A DNA stretch of 64,000 nucleotides from Massalongia carnosa (Eukaryota), in assembly GCA_965645245.1 (NCBI GenBank), contig OZ287077.1, positions 1,302,001 to 1,366,000 of the forward strand. The letters run 5' to 3'. Numbering within the stretch: the first letter of the stretch is position 1; the number at the start of each line of letters is the position of its first letter. The position numbers and the translations under genes were made by a program. Under the pieces are notes generated by a model. That model searched no databases. It was not told where the DNA came from and was given only the letters and a program-made list of their open reading frames with translations. Below, one piece after another: positions 36,261 through 48,875 of the stretch.

Positions 36261-37762
36261 GTAGATCGATCGTGCTAAACGTGTTTCTTGCTTCCCATGT
36301 TACGGTACCTTTCCGCAATGTTAGCGAGAGATTGAATTCATCGATAATATCTAACAATTAATCAGCTGCAGCATGTTGTGTGGGTCTTGAAGGACCGTTC
36401 TAAAATGGATAATGCAGATCGAAATCACCAAGCAGGATATAATGCACGCCTTGGGTTAGCATGCTCGGAGCGGTCGATAGACTGGAGTGGCTGTCAGTAG
36501 ACGAATAGGAGGCAGGGGAGGGCTTGTATACGTTGTGTATATGGATCACCTCCGCTACGCCTTCGGTGCATGTTTCTATTTTTAGCGTGCACATTTCGGC
36601 CGAGGAAAATTCTACTTCCCAGCTATCAATGTCTATTGAATCGTTGATGTAGAAGCACACTCTGGTGTCGCCTCCTGGGCGGTATAGAAGGTGAAAGCCA
36701 CTTTGATATGAACTGAGCGATGTGGGGGCGGATGGGTTGCGCCACGGCTCCTGTATTGCAATGATATTATAGTCCTAGGTATTTGTGTCTGCTAAGAGGG
36801 GTATCATAGTACTCACTCTGTCATTTCTGATATTATACTACAATATCGAGAGGGATTGTGTTCCTCATAGGATTTTCATTGTTTGGACAACTGTGACTAG
36901 GGTAGCCTGGGTACCTGTCGTTGCAACGGATTCTGCGTGCGGTCTACCTAGCACTTGTTTTGCTAAGGCTTTGATCATGTTTTCAGGATTCATAATACCT
37001 ATATTAGCCTATTTTGATACTTGTTCTCCTCGGGGGAAGCCCGGTAATATATCGGCTGAGAGCCCCGCGTTGTACATTTTCTTTTCTTGCCGTTCACAAT
37101 CTTCCACGTTGACGAAAGTTCGTTCGTTTGAGTAGCTGCAAGTGTCGGCGCTCCTTGAAACTGGAATGAGGGCGACTGTGACTCGCTTGTGTATAGTGGA
37201 GCGCGATTTTACATAGCAATTTCAGTTTTCGCTTTTCAGCCTTTCTGATTTTGCATGCTGTAGAGCACGCCTCGTGTCCCTTCTCTCCGCATACGGCACA
37301 TCGACGGTATTGCCCCGTTGTCTCCAAGTTACATTCTTTACTTTGATGTCTACCGGCACAGTGGCCACAAGCAGCGGGATTGCGACATGATCTACCTGTG
37401 TGGCCATATTTCTGACAATTAAAGCATTGGGTCATGGTGCAACCGCGTGTAAAACGCTCACTGTCTTTTATTTCGTAGTCCTCTATCAGGCCCTCGGTGA
37501 TGATCCGGTTGGGCATCTCGGCGGTAGCGACCTCCATGTGTAGTGTGGAGTATGCTTATTTATCCCTGATGGCCTTGACTGACCAAGCTACTTCGATAAT
37601 CTTGAGGTCAGGATCAAGGTGTGCGTTGGCGGCCTGCAGGTACGCTATAGCAGTTGATTGATTGGCCACTTTTATGTTTTCCACCCTGATTCCATTTGCC
37701 CTTACCGTAAAGGTACGAGTATTTACCGCTGCGGAGGCGGCCATCATGCGGGTCCTGTCGGT
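36261..37762 (-). mobile_element. LINE-E internal fragment (ORF1 zinc knuckles plus start of endonuclease), degenerate
   Basis: QCFNCQKYGH..CGHCAGRH..CAVCGEKGH; IQEPW, IHNVY, LLGDFDLH; CAG-to-TAG stops. Confidence 0.88.
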
Positions 37763-38437
37763 CATAGATTAGTTATAAAGGGTTGATTTATCTGTATTAT
37801 AAATGTGACGAAGCGAGATAGAAAATAGATTTCTACTATTGCGCCACCTGTCCTTCCCGACCAAAAGGCACAATACTTAGTCCGCAGACTAAGCTCTATT
37901 CTACTATAAATGGGACTCCTGCTATGTTCGCTGTAGGTCCTGCCGTCCGCACCACGCTTGGTCGAACCGTTACACTACCGCCCGTCTAGCTGCGGCTAGC
38001 CCCTAGCCGCTTCCAGTTAATTTTAGCCCCTAAGAATGGGCTCTTCTTAGCGTACGGCCCTCGCCGATTCGACTTAGAGAGTTTTCATCCAACGCTTTCC
38101 CGTTTCGTCCTAGCTTCAGTCCGTCGAAGCAAGGCGAAAAAGCGAGGAATTCAGGCCAGAATCGAACTCACGACTAGTACACCGATTGATGACTAAGTAT
38201 TCTGTGACGAAGCTGTGACGAGGCGGCAACGGGGGGGCCTATTCAGGTGGTAAAGGTGGTGGCATTGCTAGCTATGACTATACTAGATAGACACAAGGAA
38301 GAAAGCATCAATTGCTGCAGAGATTTTCCATGTAACTCCCGGAACCCATTTCCTTACCTGAATGCGGTTAGCTCCCCACTAAGGCTAACGCGATACCTAA
38401 AACATTTAGCGTGTCGGGAGGTATCGCTTAGCAGAGC

Positions 38438-40766
38438 TAGGGCTTTGGAATGAAACTTTCATGAAATTTTGCCTAACCGATCGGGATGAAAGTTTCACTG
38501 CGACTTTCACGAGTGAAATTTTCATGGATGTTTTGCAGGGGGGTAGGCAGGGGGGAGGGGGGGTGCGGGGAAAGCGGAAAATAGGAACGAGGACATGCCA
38601 ACTTGAAGATACTTGATTTAGCTATTAATCTTCATACAATCTCAAGTATCTCTGAGCCTGACCGCATCTCCCTCTATCGCTTGACTTGCTGGTCGTTTCA
38701 ACGAGTTTACTGTCGCTGTTTCTTGCAGAGAGATTTCTTCCTGCAACAATCTGTCTTCCATCTCACATAGATCGTCTTCTTCTATGTCAATGCCTGCGAA
38801 TTGTAGCTTCCTTTTGATTTCTTTCGGTCGGTTAAGAGTTCTTTCATTCAGATAAATAAACATCAGCTTATCCACGTTGATCGATGCCATGGAATTTCGA
38901 GTCTTGTTCATGATCAAATTCATGACCGACCAACTTCTTTCTGCCAGCACTGAATTGCCAGGAAGCATCATTACCTTTCTGGCCAGCTTGCTAAGAATCA
39001 ATGCAAAATGCTTGCAAAAATTCCAAAACAGCTCCGGTGTCATCTGATAAGTCCAACATTCTGAGTTTGCATGAAATCCATCTTCCTGATCTCGAAAAGC
39101 AAGCCATTGTCTCATGGCAACGATGCTATCTTCAGCATTCAGATATCGAGCAAAGAATCTATGCATGATCGATAAAAAAGCATGTTCTGTAGTAACTCCG
39201 ACCACCTTTATCGTACGATTTTGCGGAAGCAGACGAGATGCAACCACATGAAGCTCTGTTATTTGACTGAGATATCTAGCTTCCCAAACGACGTGAGCAA
39301 TGTGATATAGATCCGCCTCACTGTCGCTTTCTTCTTCGGCCATCGAGAACAGATGAGAGCGAATGATATTCCAGTTATTTGTTACGGTGTATAGCTTATA
39401 TCCCTCGGCTTCGGACATGTACTGAAGTTTATGAATGGGACTCAGTATCTTTTTGACCATGGGCAGTTTCTTCCAAAAGGAATAATCGTTGACGAAACTT
39501 CCCAAAGGTTTATTTCTTCCCTGATCTATGACTGGATTCTTCTGCTGAAAATAACCCAACAAGGCCTGTTGCTTATCCAGTACTGAATTTTAAAGACCAA
39601 CCGTCGTACCCCATCTGGTGAGAACGTTGAGAACCAAGGAACGACGCTGTTTGTATGCCTTCATTTGGAATTTCCATAAACTGGCTAATTCCTTATTTGA
39701 TCCGCGAAAACTGATGACGATCAACTGAGCCTTTTCTATAACATCTGTAAAATAAGGAAATTTTAAAATGTCTCCTAACAATAGCTGCAAACCATGACTA
39801 TCGCAAGGTACGAAGAAAACATGCTTCATCTCTGCACTTTTCGAAATTTCCGTCCACATGGCTTTCATTGTAGAGCACGTGTCGGTGCAGATACAATTAA
39901 CCCTTTCAAGCTGATTGTTGGTAGCATCCCTAAATCCATTTATCACCCATTCAGCTTGTACGACTGCCGTCATTTTTTCCGCTACTCCGACATCAGCTTT
40001 TAGCTGAAATCCTCCGCCAATAGAAGTGACAGATGTGGGAACGTGACAGCAGAGATTTATTACTCGCTCTTTTCGAATGTTGGCTATCTCGTCGGTAAAA
40101 AAGCTGAGATGATTGCAAGCATTCAATTTTTGATTTATTTTGAATTTAACTGTTTCATAGGCTTCATCTAACAATCGTCCAGCCATCAGTCTGGCATGAG
40201 GGGGCTTGTATCCAGGAGAAAGAGCTTGAAATGCCGCAATAACATAGGGATTCTCGAAGTGGTTGAAGGGAAGATTTGTCATATAAACAGACATCGCCGC
40301 CTCGCGATGAGCATGAGCAATTTGACTCTGGCTAAGGGGACGAATCATGGTGGTAATGGGCAGTTGGATTGATCTAGAACTGAACGAGGCATTTTCCTTC
40401 TTTGTTATCTTCTGTTTGTAGGCATCACATTGATCTAAATGTGATAGTCCTCTTACAGCATTCTTGGTAGTCTGATGACCACAATGAATGCATTGATACT
40501 GAGGTTTTTTCAATCCCATGGTAATCACGTCTTTGAAATTCTCCTCAATTAGAGAAATTTTCTTTCTTCCACCGCGTTGAGCCATGAGTATAAAATAGGA
40601 AGATACCTTTAAATATATGAGAGTGACTATCAAAATGAGGTATCGATCTATCTACAAGATATGTATATGTGCTTAGTAATAAATTTCGAAAATTTCATGC
40701 TTGGCGCGCACACGTGATGAAATTTTCGTGCGACCTTGTCAAAATTTCGAAATTTTCAGAGCCCTA
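38438..40766 (-). mobile_element. hAT DNA transposon (2.3 kb) in the G1 3' LTR
   Basis: 8-bp TSD AGCAGAGC, TIR TAGGGCT(T/C)TG(G/A)AA. Confidence 0.93.
38642..40585 (-). pseudogene. hAT transposase (~647 aa) with one in-frame TAA at 39590-39592
   Basis: BED-like zinc finger (YQCIHC..HLDQC), FFTDE, CDSH, TRWG and C-terminal SVLAERSWS motifs. Confidence 0.88.
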
Positions 40767-40829
40767 AGCAGAGCATCTCGCGCTCACACCATGACAGTAG
40801 CTCCCCCTTCAAGGCCTGCTTCCACGCAG

Positions 40830-43800
40830 GCTTTATAGCTTTAGGACGGTGTGAGCTATCGTGGCTTGGCTGGGTATTGTTGATGAAATTCTGCCTACCC
40901 TTTCCTTGGCGTTAGTAACATACTCAGCATACTCCCAGGTGGGGTCGTTCCAGCCCGTCCATTGCACCAGGTACTTTAGGCGGTTTCGAAATTTCTTGGA
41001 GTCGAGAATTTCTTCAACCTCGTATTCTTCTTCGCCTTCGACTTCAACAGGTGGTGCAGGAGGGGGATGTGATCGGGATGAGGGTGTTGCGGCACGGGCG
41101 AGAGAAGGGATACGTGGAACACAGGATGAATTTTCATGCCGGGGGGCAGCTCGAGTTGATACGCGTATTTGCTTACCACCTTAGATATCTTGAATGGACC
41201 CAGATTTTTCCAGTCGAGCTTTCGAGCAGGTCTTTGAGTACGGATGTTCTTAGTACTCAACCATACTCGTCTCCTGCTTGGTAACTTGGTACTGGTACAC
41301 GATGTTCATTGGCTCCAGTCTCGTACCTGGCTTGCGCGAACTTCATCTCTTCCTTCAGCACGGACGAGATATCTTGCATCTTCTTGGCAAACTCCCCTGC
41401 GTTTAGACTGGCTAGGGATCGAGAGGGCTCAACCGATTCGAATCCCATTCTCGGATGAAATCCCATCTCGGCCAGGAATGGGCTGCACCCAGTCGTCTCG
41501 GACACTACATTGTTCCCTGTGAATTCTGCCATGGGTAACCAACTTGCCCAATCGTCTTGAAGATAGTCCGTGTAGCTTCGAAGGTATTGTTCCATGGAGG
41601 CGTTTACTCGCTCGGTTTGACCGTCCGTTTCTGGATGGAAGGCCGTTGATAACAGGCTCTTGATACCCGGTAGTTGACAGAGCTTTTACCAAAATTCCGA
41701 TACAAAGAGCACTCCACGATCCGATACTACGGTGCTCGGCAACCCGTGTAGTTTCCAAATATCTCGAAGAAAGAGTTCAGCCAGTTCCTGAGCATTGATC
41801 GTGGTGAGGCATGGAGAGAAGTGCCGTCGTTTCGATAGACGACCGACCACCACTAATATGGTGTCGAACCCACTACTTTCTGGAAGCCCAGTCACGAAGT
41901 CTATCGAAATATCTTACCAGCGGCGCTCCGGGACGGGTAACGGTTTCAAGACTCCCATTTTTCCTTGACGAGAGGGCTTGCTTCTTGCACAAACTTGACA
42001 ATGTTGTACGTACCTTACTATAAACTGATAGAATCGTGGCCAGTAATAGTGACGTTGCAGAAGATCAAAGGTCTTGGCTCGACCGGGATGACCAGCCACA
42101 GGGCTATCGTGAACGGACTTGCAAAGTCTCATTTTCAGGGCGTGTGAGTCCGGAACGTATATCTTTCCTCGATAGTGCAGTCGGCCATCCATCTCTGTGC
42201 ACTCTGCCAGCGAGATTTCCTTGGAGTGTCTAGCACCTGATCGTAATAATTCCAGAATTCTCATCGGAAAGAGGTCCTTTTCCAATGCTTCTTGCCATAA
42301 TTCTTCCAAGGTCTTGATTTCATCCTGATTTGAGGCGATTTCCAGAGGTTCACTTTGTTCCGAGGCTTCAACATTTTCTTCGAGAGGTTCATCTGCTAAT
42401 CCGTTCGCTAGAAGTTCAAGATTTCGAGGTTTCAAGACCACTTGATGTTGAATTTTTATCCGTGGATCATCCTCCCCCTTCGGTAGGTCTTGAGACCTTC
42501 CAGTCAGGGCGTCGGGTTTTCCACCGCTTTTCCCTGGGCGGTACATGATCTGGAAATCGAAGCGGGAGAGACACTCGGACCAGCGTGCTTGACGACGACT
42601 GAGCTGTTTCGTTGTCATGAAGTATTCGAGATTCTTATGATCAGAAATGACTTGAATGGGAAAGGCGGCTCCTTCGAGCTCGGATCTCTATTCCTCGAAA
42701 GCTCGAATGATGGCCATGAGTTCCTTGTCATAGATCTCGTAATTGATTTCCGCGGGGGCGTGTTTTTTCGAGAAGAAGGCTACAGGGCGTAGAACTCCCT
42801 CGTCATCGTACTGTGAGAATACACCCCCCACTACCCAGTCGGAAGCGTCAACTTCTACCACGATTTTCTTTTCAGGATCGAAATGCATCAGAATGAGATC
42901 GCTAACAAAAGCGTTTTTTAGCCTTTGAAACGCGGCCTCACACTCGGAGTTCCAAGAGAACACGGTCCCCTTTTTCGTCAGTTTGATCAGGGGCGAGGCA
43001 ATGGCTGAGAAACCCTTGACGAAGCGTCTATAGAAATTTGCGAAGCCCACGAAAGCTTGAATATCCTTAATGTTCTTGGGTGTTATCCAGTCCTTGATCG
43101 TCTGAACTTTTCGTGGGTCCATCTTGATTCCTTTGTCCGAAATGATAAGTCCCAGGTAAGTGGTTTCCGTGACGAAGAACTCACACTTTTCTATGTCCAG
43201 TTGCAGACCTGCGGACCTCAGAGCTTCAAGAACTTTTCTTACGTGAATCTTGTGTTCCTTCTTTGATTTACTGTATACAAGAATGTCGTCGATATAGGCG
43301 GTGCAAAAGGCATCTAAATATTCTCAAAGGACGTCGTTGATATAGTGCTGAAAGGAGCCGGGCCCCCCTGAAAGTCCGAAAGGCAATACTTCCTATTCGA
43401 AGAGACCGTACCTGGTCTTGAAAGTGGTCATCCATTCTTGCCCGCTCTGCATTCGTAGCTTGTTGAAAGCCGCGATGATGTCAAACTTAGTGAAAATCAT
43501 GGCCTTGGCAAGACGATCTAGTGTTGCTTGAATCAGTGGTATTGGATAGCGATTCTTGATCGTGATCGCGTTCAGAGCTCGATAGGCTACACAGAAACGC
43601 AGTCCTCCCGACGGTTTTCGGGCGAATAACACGGGCGAGGAGCAGGGCGAGGAGCTGGCACGAATAAATCCTTTGCCTAGGTTTTCTTTCAAGTATTTCT
43701 GCAAGACTAGTAGTTCAGGAGCTGACATCTTGTACAGCGGGCCTGACGAGGGTATGGCTCCTTCCTTGAAACGATTTTATGATCGTAGGAGCGGTGCGGG

Positions 43801-44855
43801 GGTAGTTTATCGGCTTCTTGCTTGGAGAAGACGTCTAGAAGATCGTGAAATTCCACGGGCACTATACTGGCGGGATCGATGATTTTCTTGGGCTTCAAGG
43901 ACTTGGCGATATCTTCGAGGGACGAGGCGGAGAGATTGAATTTCTCTCTCGGATTTCTGAGTTGTTCAAGGGCTTTGTCAATTTCATACATGGAAGCGGT
44001 GAAGATTTCGTTCTTCCAGTCCTTCATCAGGGTCGAGAATGGAGCGGCTCCAACCATGTAAATGCTCATAGGTGAGGGATCGGGAGATTCCGTGCAGACC
44101 GTCATTGGTCGTGCGTTCGAGATCGGTGGCTCAAGAAGTGTTCGGGATTCAGGACTTGAAGGAGCGTTTAATACACTGACTTCGAGAGTTCTAGGAGTCG
44201 AGCGAGAGACCTTGTTCTCACTAACTTTCAGTGTTTCAGGAGTTTTCATACAAGAGACCTCGTTCTTGCGTGATTCGACGGTTTTCAAGGACAGGGACGA
44301 AGCGGACTCAGGAGTCCCTTCAGATGGATCAGGAAGGCCAGAAATGACAAGAGGGACGTGTTTATTCTCTAAACACTCCTGGAAACAGTACGTGGACGAG
44401 AAGGTCAGGGTATTTTCAGTCCAGCTGACGGAGGGGTCATGAATTTGAAGCCACTTGACTCCCAGGACGACAGGATAATGACCCAGTTGGGTAACTAAGA
44501 ACGAGCCTTGCTCGGAATGACGGTTTATTCGCATCCTTGACTTGATCAGATGAGTAACTTTTCCGGCCGCCGCGGGGCGACCATCGACTACTTCGAGGAT
44601 ACGAGGACGGACAAGAGGGGTGAAAGGCAGGGAATTGTTTCGCGCGAAGGATGAATCAATGAATGCGTAGCCCGAGGCACCGCAATCAATCAGAGCATGG
44701 GTGTGTATAACTCGATTTTCCACAGAGAGTGCTATAGATATGACACAATGTCTACCGTCTAACGAATCTTCTGAGAGAGAAAAGGCTGAAATCGACACAG
44801 GGACCCCTTCTGAACGTCTTCGGGGGCGACTTAGCCCGAAGACGACGCGTTTTCC
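40830..44855 (-). pseudogene. G1 pol (protease, RT, RNase H, integrase, chromodomain), disrupted
   Basis: [57 protein letters not shown]. Confidence 0.92.
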
Positions 44856-46496
44856 GAGACCTCAGCTAGAGAGGACTCGTTCAGCCGAGAGGTTCGTGGC
44901 TTGGTTTCTCCCTTTCGAGGGCAGACGGCCGCAAAATGTCCTGACCCCCCACAGTAGCGGCACAACCCTTCGTTCATCCGACGGGTGACTTCTGCTTGAG
45001 GTAACTTACCTCTGTGTGTGGCGGAGAGGTCCATTGGCTCGGCGGCCGGAAGGGGAGACGGGGAGGCGGCGGAAGAAGAGACGGATCGGGGGAGGGCGAC
45101 TCCTCCCGACCGGGGGTTATGAGGGGGGGTCCCCACACCAGAAGAAGGTGGGGTGGACCGGGGGGAGTATGGCTTCCGGAGGGAAGCATTGACATTCCGT
45201 TGGCGGGTGTCTAGCCGTTAGAGGAGGGTCACCAGTTCGTCGAGGTCCTCGGGAGTGATTTGGGTAACCATGAGCTGCTTCAGCTCGTCACTGATGCCTT
45301 CCAGCAGAGCTGAGCGCATTGCCTCCTCGTCGAAATTGGTATCCGGGGTGTTGAGGATAGCCGAGATGTCTGCTTATAGAAAATGGCACTAACCCCAATG
45401 CGCACTAGCTATTGGAAGTATTTGGATTGGCCACCTTGGGATTTATCATCAACATCCCGCGTCTGATATTCTAGGAGACATTCGAACATTCTACAGTGGA
45501 TTGATAATGAGGCAAATATGTCAGCTTTGGAACTCCGACAAAGACGAGCTTACATATCAGCATTTGACTGACCGATCACATAGAAAGTGGGAGAATCGTG
45601 CTCAAGGCAGGCAGCGGTATATAATGGGCTATATGCCCCCATAGATAGCCTCAGTCATTTTCAATCAATCATTAGTAGCCTGCCATTGGATCAGCTTGAT
45701 CATCGCACGTACTTTTTGCTGTTGTTTCCTACTTCCACCCCTATAATCCGTAGCCTCCGCAACACGGGGCATACGCTGGAAGTCCGAGAGGTAGACATGG
45801 AATTCCTTGTTGGCCTGGCGCAGGGACCGCAGTTCCCGCTGTGCCGTGGCCTTTTTGTCCGGGTCCCCAAAGGCCCTCTCCAACATAGCCAATAACCCTG
45901 CCACATCGGGGATACTCACTTCGTTGTGAGACTTGACGTAGGGTTGCACTTGCGCCATGGCACGACCCTCTAAGCGGCTGATGGCGTACAGAAGGCCGGC
46001 TTTGGGATTCGTGAAACGGTCTTGATTCACAAAGAGCTTCAGGTTAAGCTGGGTGACCCACTCGCGCAACTCGTCCTTCTTGCCCGAGAACTTCGGGATG
46101 TCCGGCAATTTCTCTGAGCACGCCTCGCGCTGGGCGGCGGGATGATGATGATGGTCACTGATCTGCTGACGGAGGCTGGCGATGGTGGCTCGAGAGGCGA
46201 TGTTCTCGTTATTGGAGGTCTGCAACTGGCTACGGATATTATTATGCTCAGCTTCCAGAAAGTCATACTGATTTGATTTTTCCGTTAGAAAGCCCTGAAG
46301 GGTCGCTGATCGGTTGGGGGACTGAATGGCTTGATGATACCATTCATGAGGGAATTTTTGGACCGATTGACTCCAGGCCTCAATAGATGCAACATGAGGG
46401 GCGAGAGAATCCTCGTCATCGAAGCTTGGGGGGGGAAAGGCCAGGACTTGATTCGGAACGGGGCGTGGCTATCTTGGACGAGGAACTGGAAGTCAT
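44831..46496 (-). pseudogene. G1 gag, disrupted by a solo LTR, a frameshift and stops
   Basis: LPDIPKFSG, SRLEGRA, LRQ, EPMDLS and CRYCGGSGHFAAVC knuckle. Confidence 0.85.
45349..45764. mobile_element. Solo LTR (416 bp), copia-like termini, in G1 gag
   Basis: TGTTG..CAACA termini, TSD CGGGG. Confidence 0.9.
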
Positions 46497-46624
46497 ACTA
46501 AAGAGGTGAATGAGAAACGAGGAACGGAGCACCACCTGAACACGGGTGAGGTGTTCGTAATGTGACGAGGCGGCAACGGGGGGGCCTACTCAGATGGTGG
46601 TGGTGGCATTGCTAGCTATGACTA

Positions 46625-48437
46625 ACGTAATTTACCCTCATTCGGGTCAGCCCCCGATTCGGGTCAGCCACCCAATCGGGTCACCCCACCAAAAAAAAAA
46701 CCTTCGCCCTACACCAAAGAAAAATATTACATTGCGTCCACCATCCCCAAAACTAACTAAAAACACCACTATCCATCTGCATTTCCTTCCATACGGCCTT
46801 TGCGAACTTTACTTTACCATTTAAAGCATGGTACCGTTCCTTTTGTTTGGCCAATGCTTCTTCCTTCCTCTGTTTTTCCTCCGCAATCGCCTGCCCTTCA
46901 CCCACAGTCAGCACCCTCGCTTTAACACCCCCCTTTCTGGATGCTTTTTGACGTCCCTGAGCCTTTTTATCAATCAGTTCTTGATTGGTGTGTCTTAGAA
47001 TAACCCTATCAGCGACGGCATTCAAAGCAGTTGTTTTAAGCAACTCAACATGCGCGCGAAGAGATGGAGTTATACAGGATATAAGGGCATCACTGACTTC
47101 CTGGATTCGCTGCTCCGTTTGGGGGGCATCGGTGACGGTGTTTGGATAGGTAGGAGGTGTGATAGGCCTAGGCAACTTGCCTAGAACATGCCCTGGATTA
47201 AATGGGATGAGGCCTGCCCCCCGCCATGCACTCATGATGTTAGTAGCCTGTTTCCTAGCCACCTGAATAAGGCGCAAAACATCTAGCTTAGAAATAGTCA
47301 CAGCCCCGTAACGTGATTGGCTGGAAACGAGTTGTTTATAGGCCTTAGATAAAGGGCCAAAAACACCGACATCCAGGGGCTGCAATAAATGAGTTGAATG
47401 TGGTGGCAAACAAAGGGGTATGGTTTTCTCTTGGGCACAAAACTCCATAAAAGGAATGGAGACGTGACTCTCATGGCTATCTACAATTAGCATCCTATAC
47501 ATGCCTCGTTCAGGTTTTGTATGCTTATTGAACACCGTTTGCAACCAATGAAGGCCTATCTCCGCATCCGTCCAACCATTGGGACTGACCCGAACGGTAT
47601 CTGCCTTCGTCTCCATAGCATCATACCATGCAGGTTGAACTTGGGCACCTTGGAAAATGATATAAGCCGGAAGAACTGTTCCGCGGGATGATATGCACTC
47701 AATAAGAGAAACCCAGTCCCTATTTCCCGGATGCACATTGAATGGTATTGTTGTTCCTTTGATTATGACCTTCGAACTGTCTGCGATGCCCATAGCAAAG
47801 CCTTTTTCATCCATGTTGTAAGTATCTTCATCTGAAATCCCATATTTGACCAAGGTGGTCGTGTACAATTCGAACCAATCACGCAAAATTTCGGGACTAC
47901 CAGCGTCCTTTCTGGATTGATCGAGGTTTCTATTGTATTTGATTTTGAAATCGGGATGCCTTTTCAGGAACTTTTCATACCAATGACGACCCAACGGATT
48001 TTTGTCCCCTTTGGCGTTCAGGAGACTTCTGGCCATGCCTTCCAAATGTTGGATACGAGGCGGCCAACCCCATGAGGTCATCCGCTCTATCCAATCAATC
48101 AGAGCCTGTTCTTCGTGGACGGATAGCCTTTGGGCGGCTTGATAATAGTGTTTTGCGGCCCGCCTGCCTTTGAGCCGGGCCTGTAAAGTCGACTGAGGAA
48201 CTCCGTAAAGGCGCGCTATTTCCCGCTGCGAAATGCCCGGATTTATGGCTAATTCTTCGATAGCCAACTGTAATCTAGTAGCAGAGTCAAGTGTAGGCAT
48301 ATTAATGGACATTTTATCTACAATTAATAGATAAATATATAGTAGTGGTAGATAAACAGGATAGAATTTTTTTCGGTCGCTAGATTTTAATGGGGTGACC
48401 CGAATGGGGGGCTGACCCGAATGAGGGTAAATTACGT
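46625..48437 (-). mobile_element. Fot1/pogo DNA transposon P1 in the G1 5' LTR
   Basis: TA TSD, TIR ACGTAATTTACCCTCATTCGGGTCAGCCCCC with subterminal repeats. Confidence 0.95.
46753..48312 (-). CDS. Fot1/pogo transposase (519 aa, open)
   Basis: HTH N-terminus, CENP-B-like region, DDD motifs MDEKGF, IVDSH, QPLDV. Confidence 0.92.
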   Translation of the reverse strand: MSINMPTLDSATRLQLAIEELAINPGISQREIARLYGVPQSTLQARLKGRRAAKHYYQAAQRLSVHEEQALIDWIERMTSWGWPPRIQHLEGMARSLLNAKGDKNPLGRHWYEKFLKRHPDFKIKYNRNLDQSRKDAGSPEILRDWFELYTTTLVKYGISDEDTYNMDEKGFAMGIADSSKVIIKGTTIPFNVHPGNRDWVSLIECISSRGTVLPAYIIFQGAQVQPAWYDAMETKADTVRVSPNGWTDAEIGLHWLQTVFNKHTKPERGMYRMLIVDSHESHVSIPFMEFCAQEKTIPLCLPPHSTHLLQPLDVGVFGPLSKAYKQLVSSQSRYGAVTISKLDVLRLIQVARKQATNIMSAWRGAGLIPFNPGHVLGKLPRPITPPTYPNTVTDAPQTEQRIQEVSDALISCITPSLRAHVELLKTTALNAVADRVILRHTNQELIDKKAQGRQKASRKGGVKARVLTVGEGQAIAEEKQRKEEALAKQKERYHALNGKVKFAKAVWKEMQMDSGVFS

Positions 48438-48875
48438 TATACTAGATAGACAAGACGAACACAAAGAGGAAAGCATCAATTGCTGCAGAGATTTTCCATG
48501 TAATTCCCGGAACCCATTTCCTTACCTGAATGCGGTTAGCTCCCCACTAAGGCTAACGCGATACCTAAACATTTAGCGTGTCGGGAGGTATCGCTTAGCA
48601 GAGCATCTCGCGCTCACACCATGACAGAAGCGAGATAGTAAATAGATTTCTACCATTGCGCCACCTGTCCTTCCCGACCAAAAGGCACAATACTTAGTCC
48701 GCAGACCAAGCTCTATTCTAATCGTCGGCTAGTCTCTCGCTTACCTCGGCCGACTCGAGGCGTTCGCCTCTAGTCGGGGAAAGCAAAGTTCGTCTTTTCA
48801 ACTTATACACGCAAAAAATCAATCAAATAACGATGGGAATTTTTTTCTGCAAAGATCAAGCATGAAAAATGTTAT

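Larger units (their letters stand above)
38214..48626 (-). mobile_element. Ty3/Gypsy chromovirus G1, degenerate. 3' LTR 38214-40796 and 5' LTR 46561-48626, each interrupted.
   Basis: TSD GAAGC at 38209-38213 and 48627-48631, PPT at ~40797-40810, gag-PR-RT-RH-IN-chromodomain order. Confidence 0.95.
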
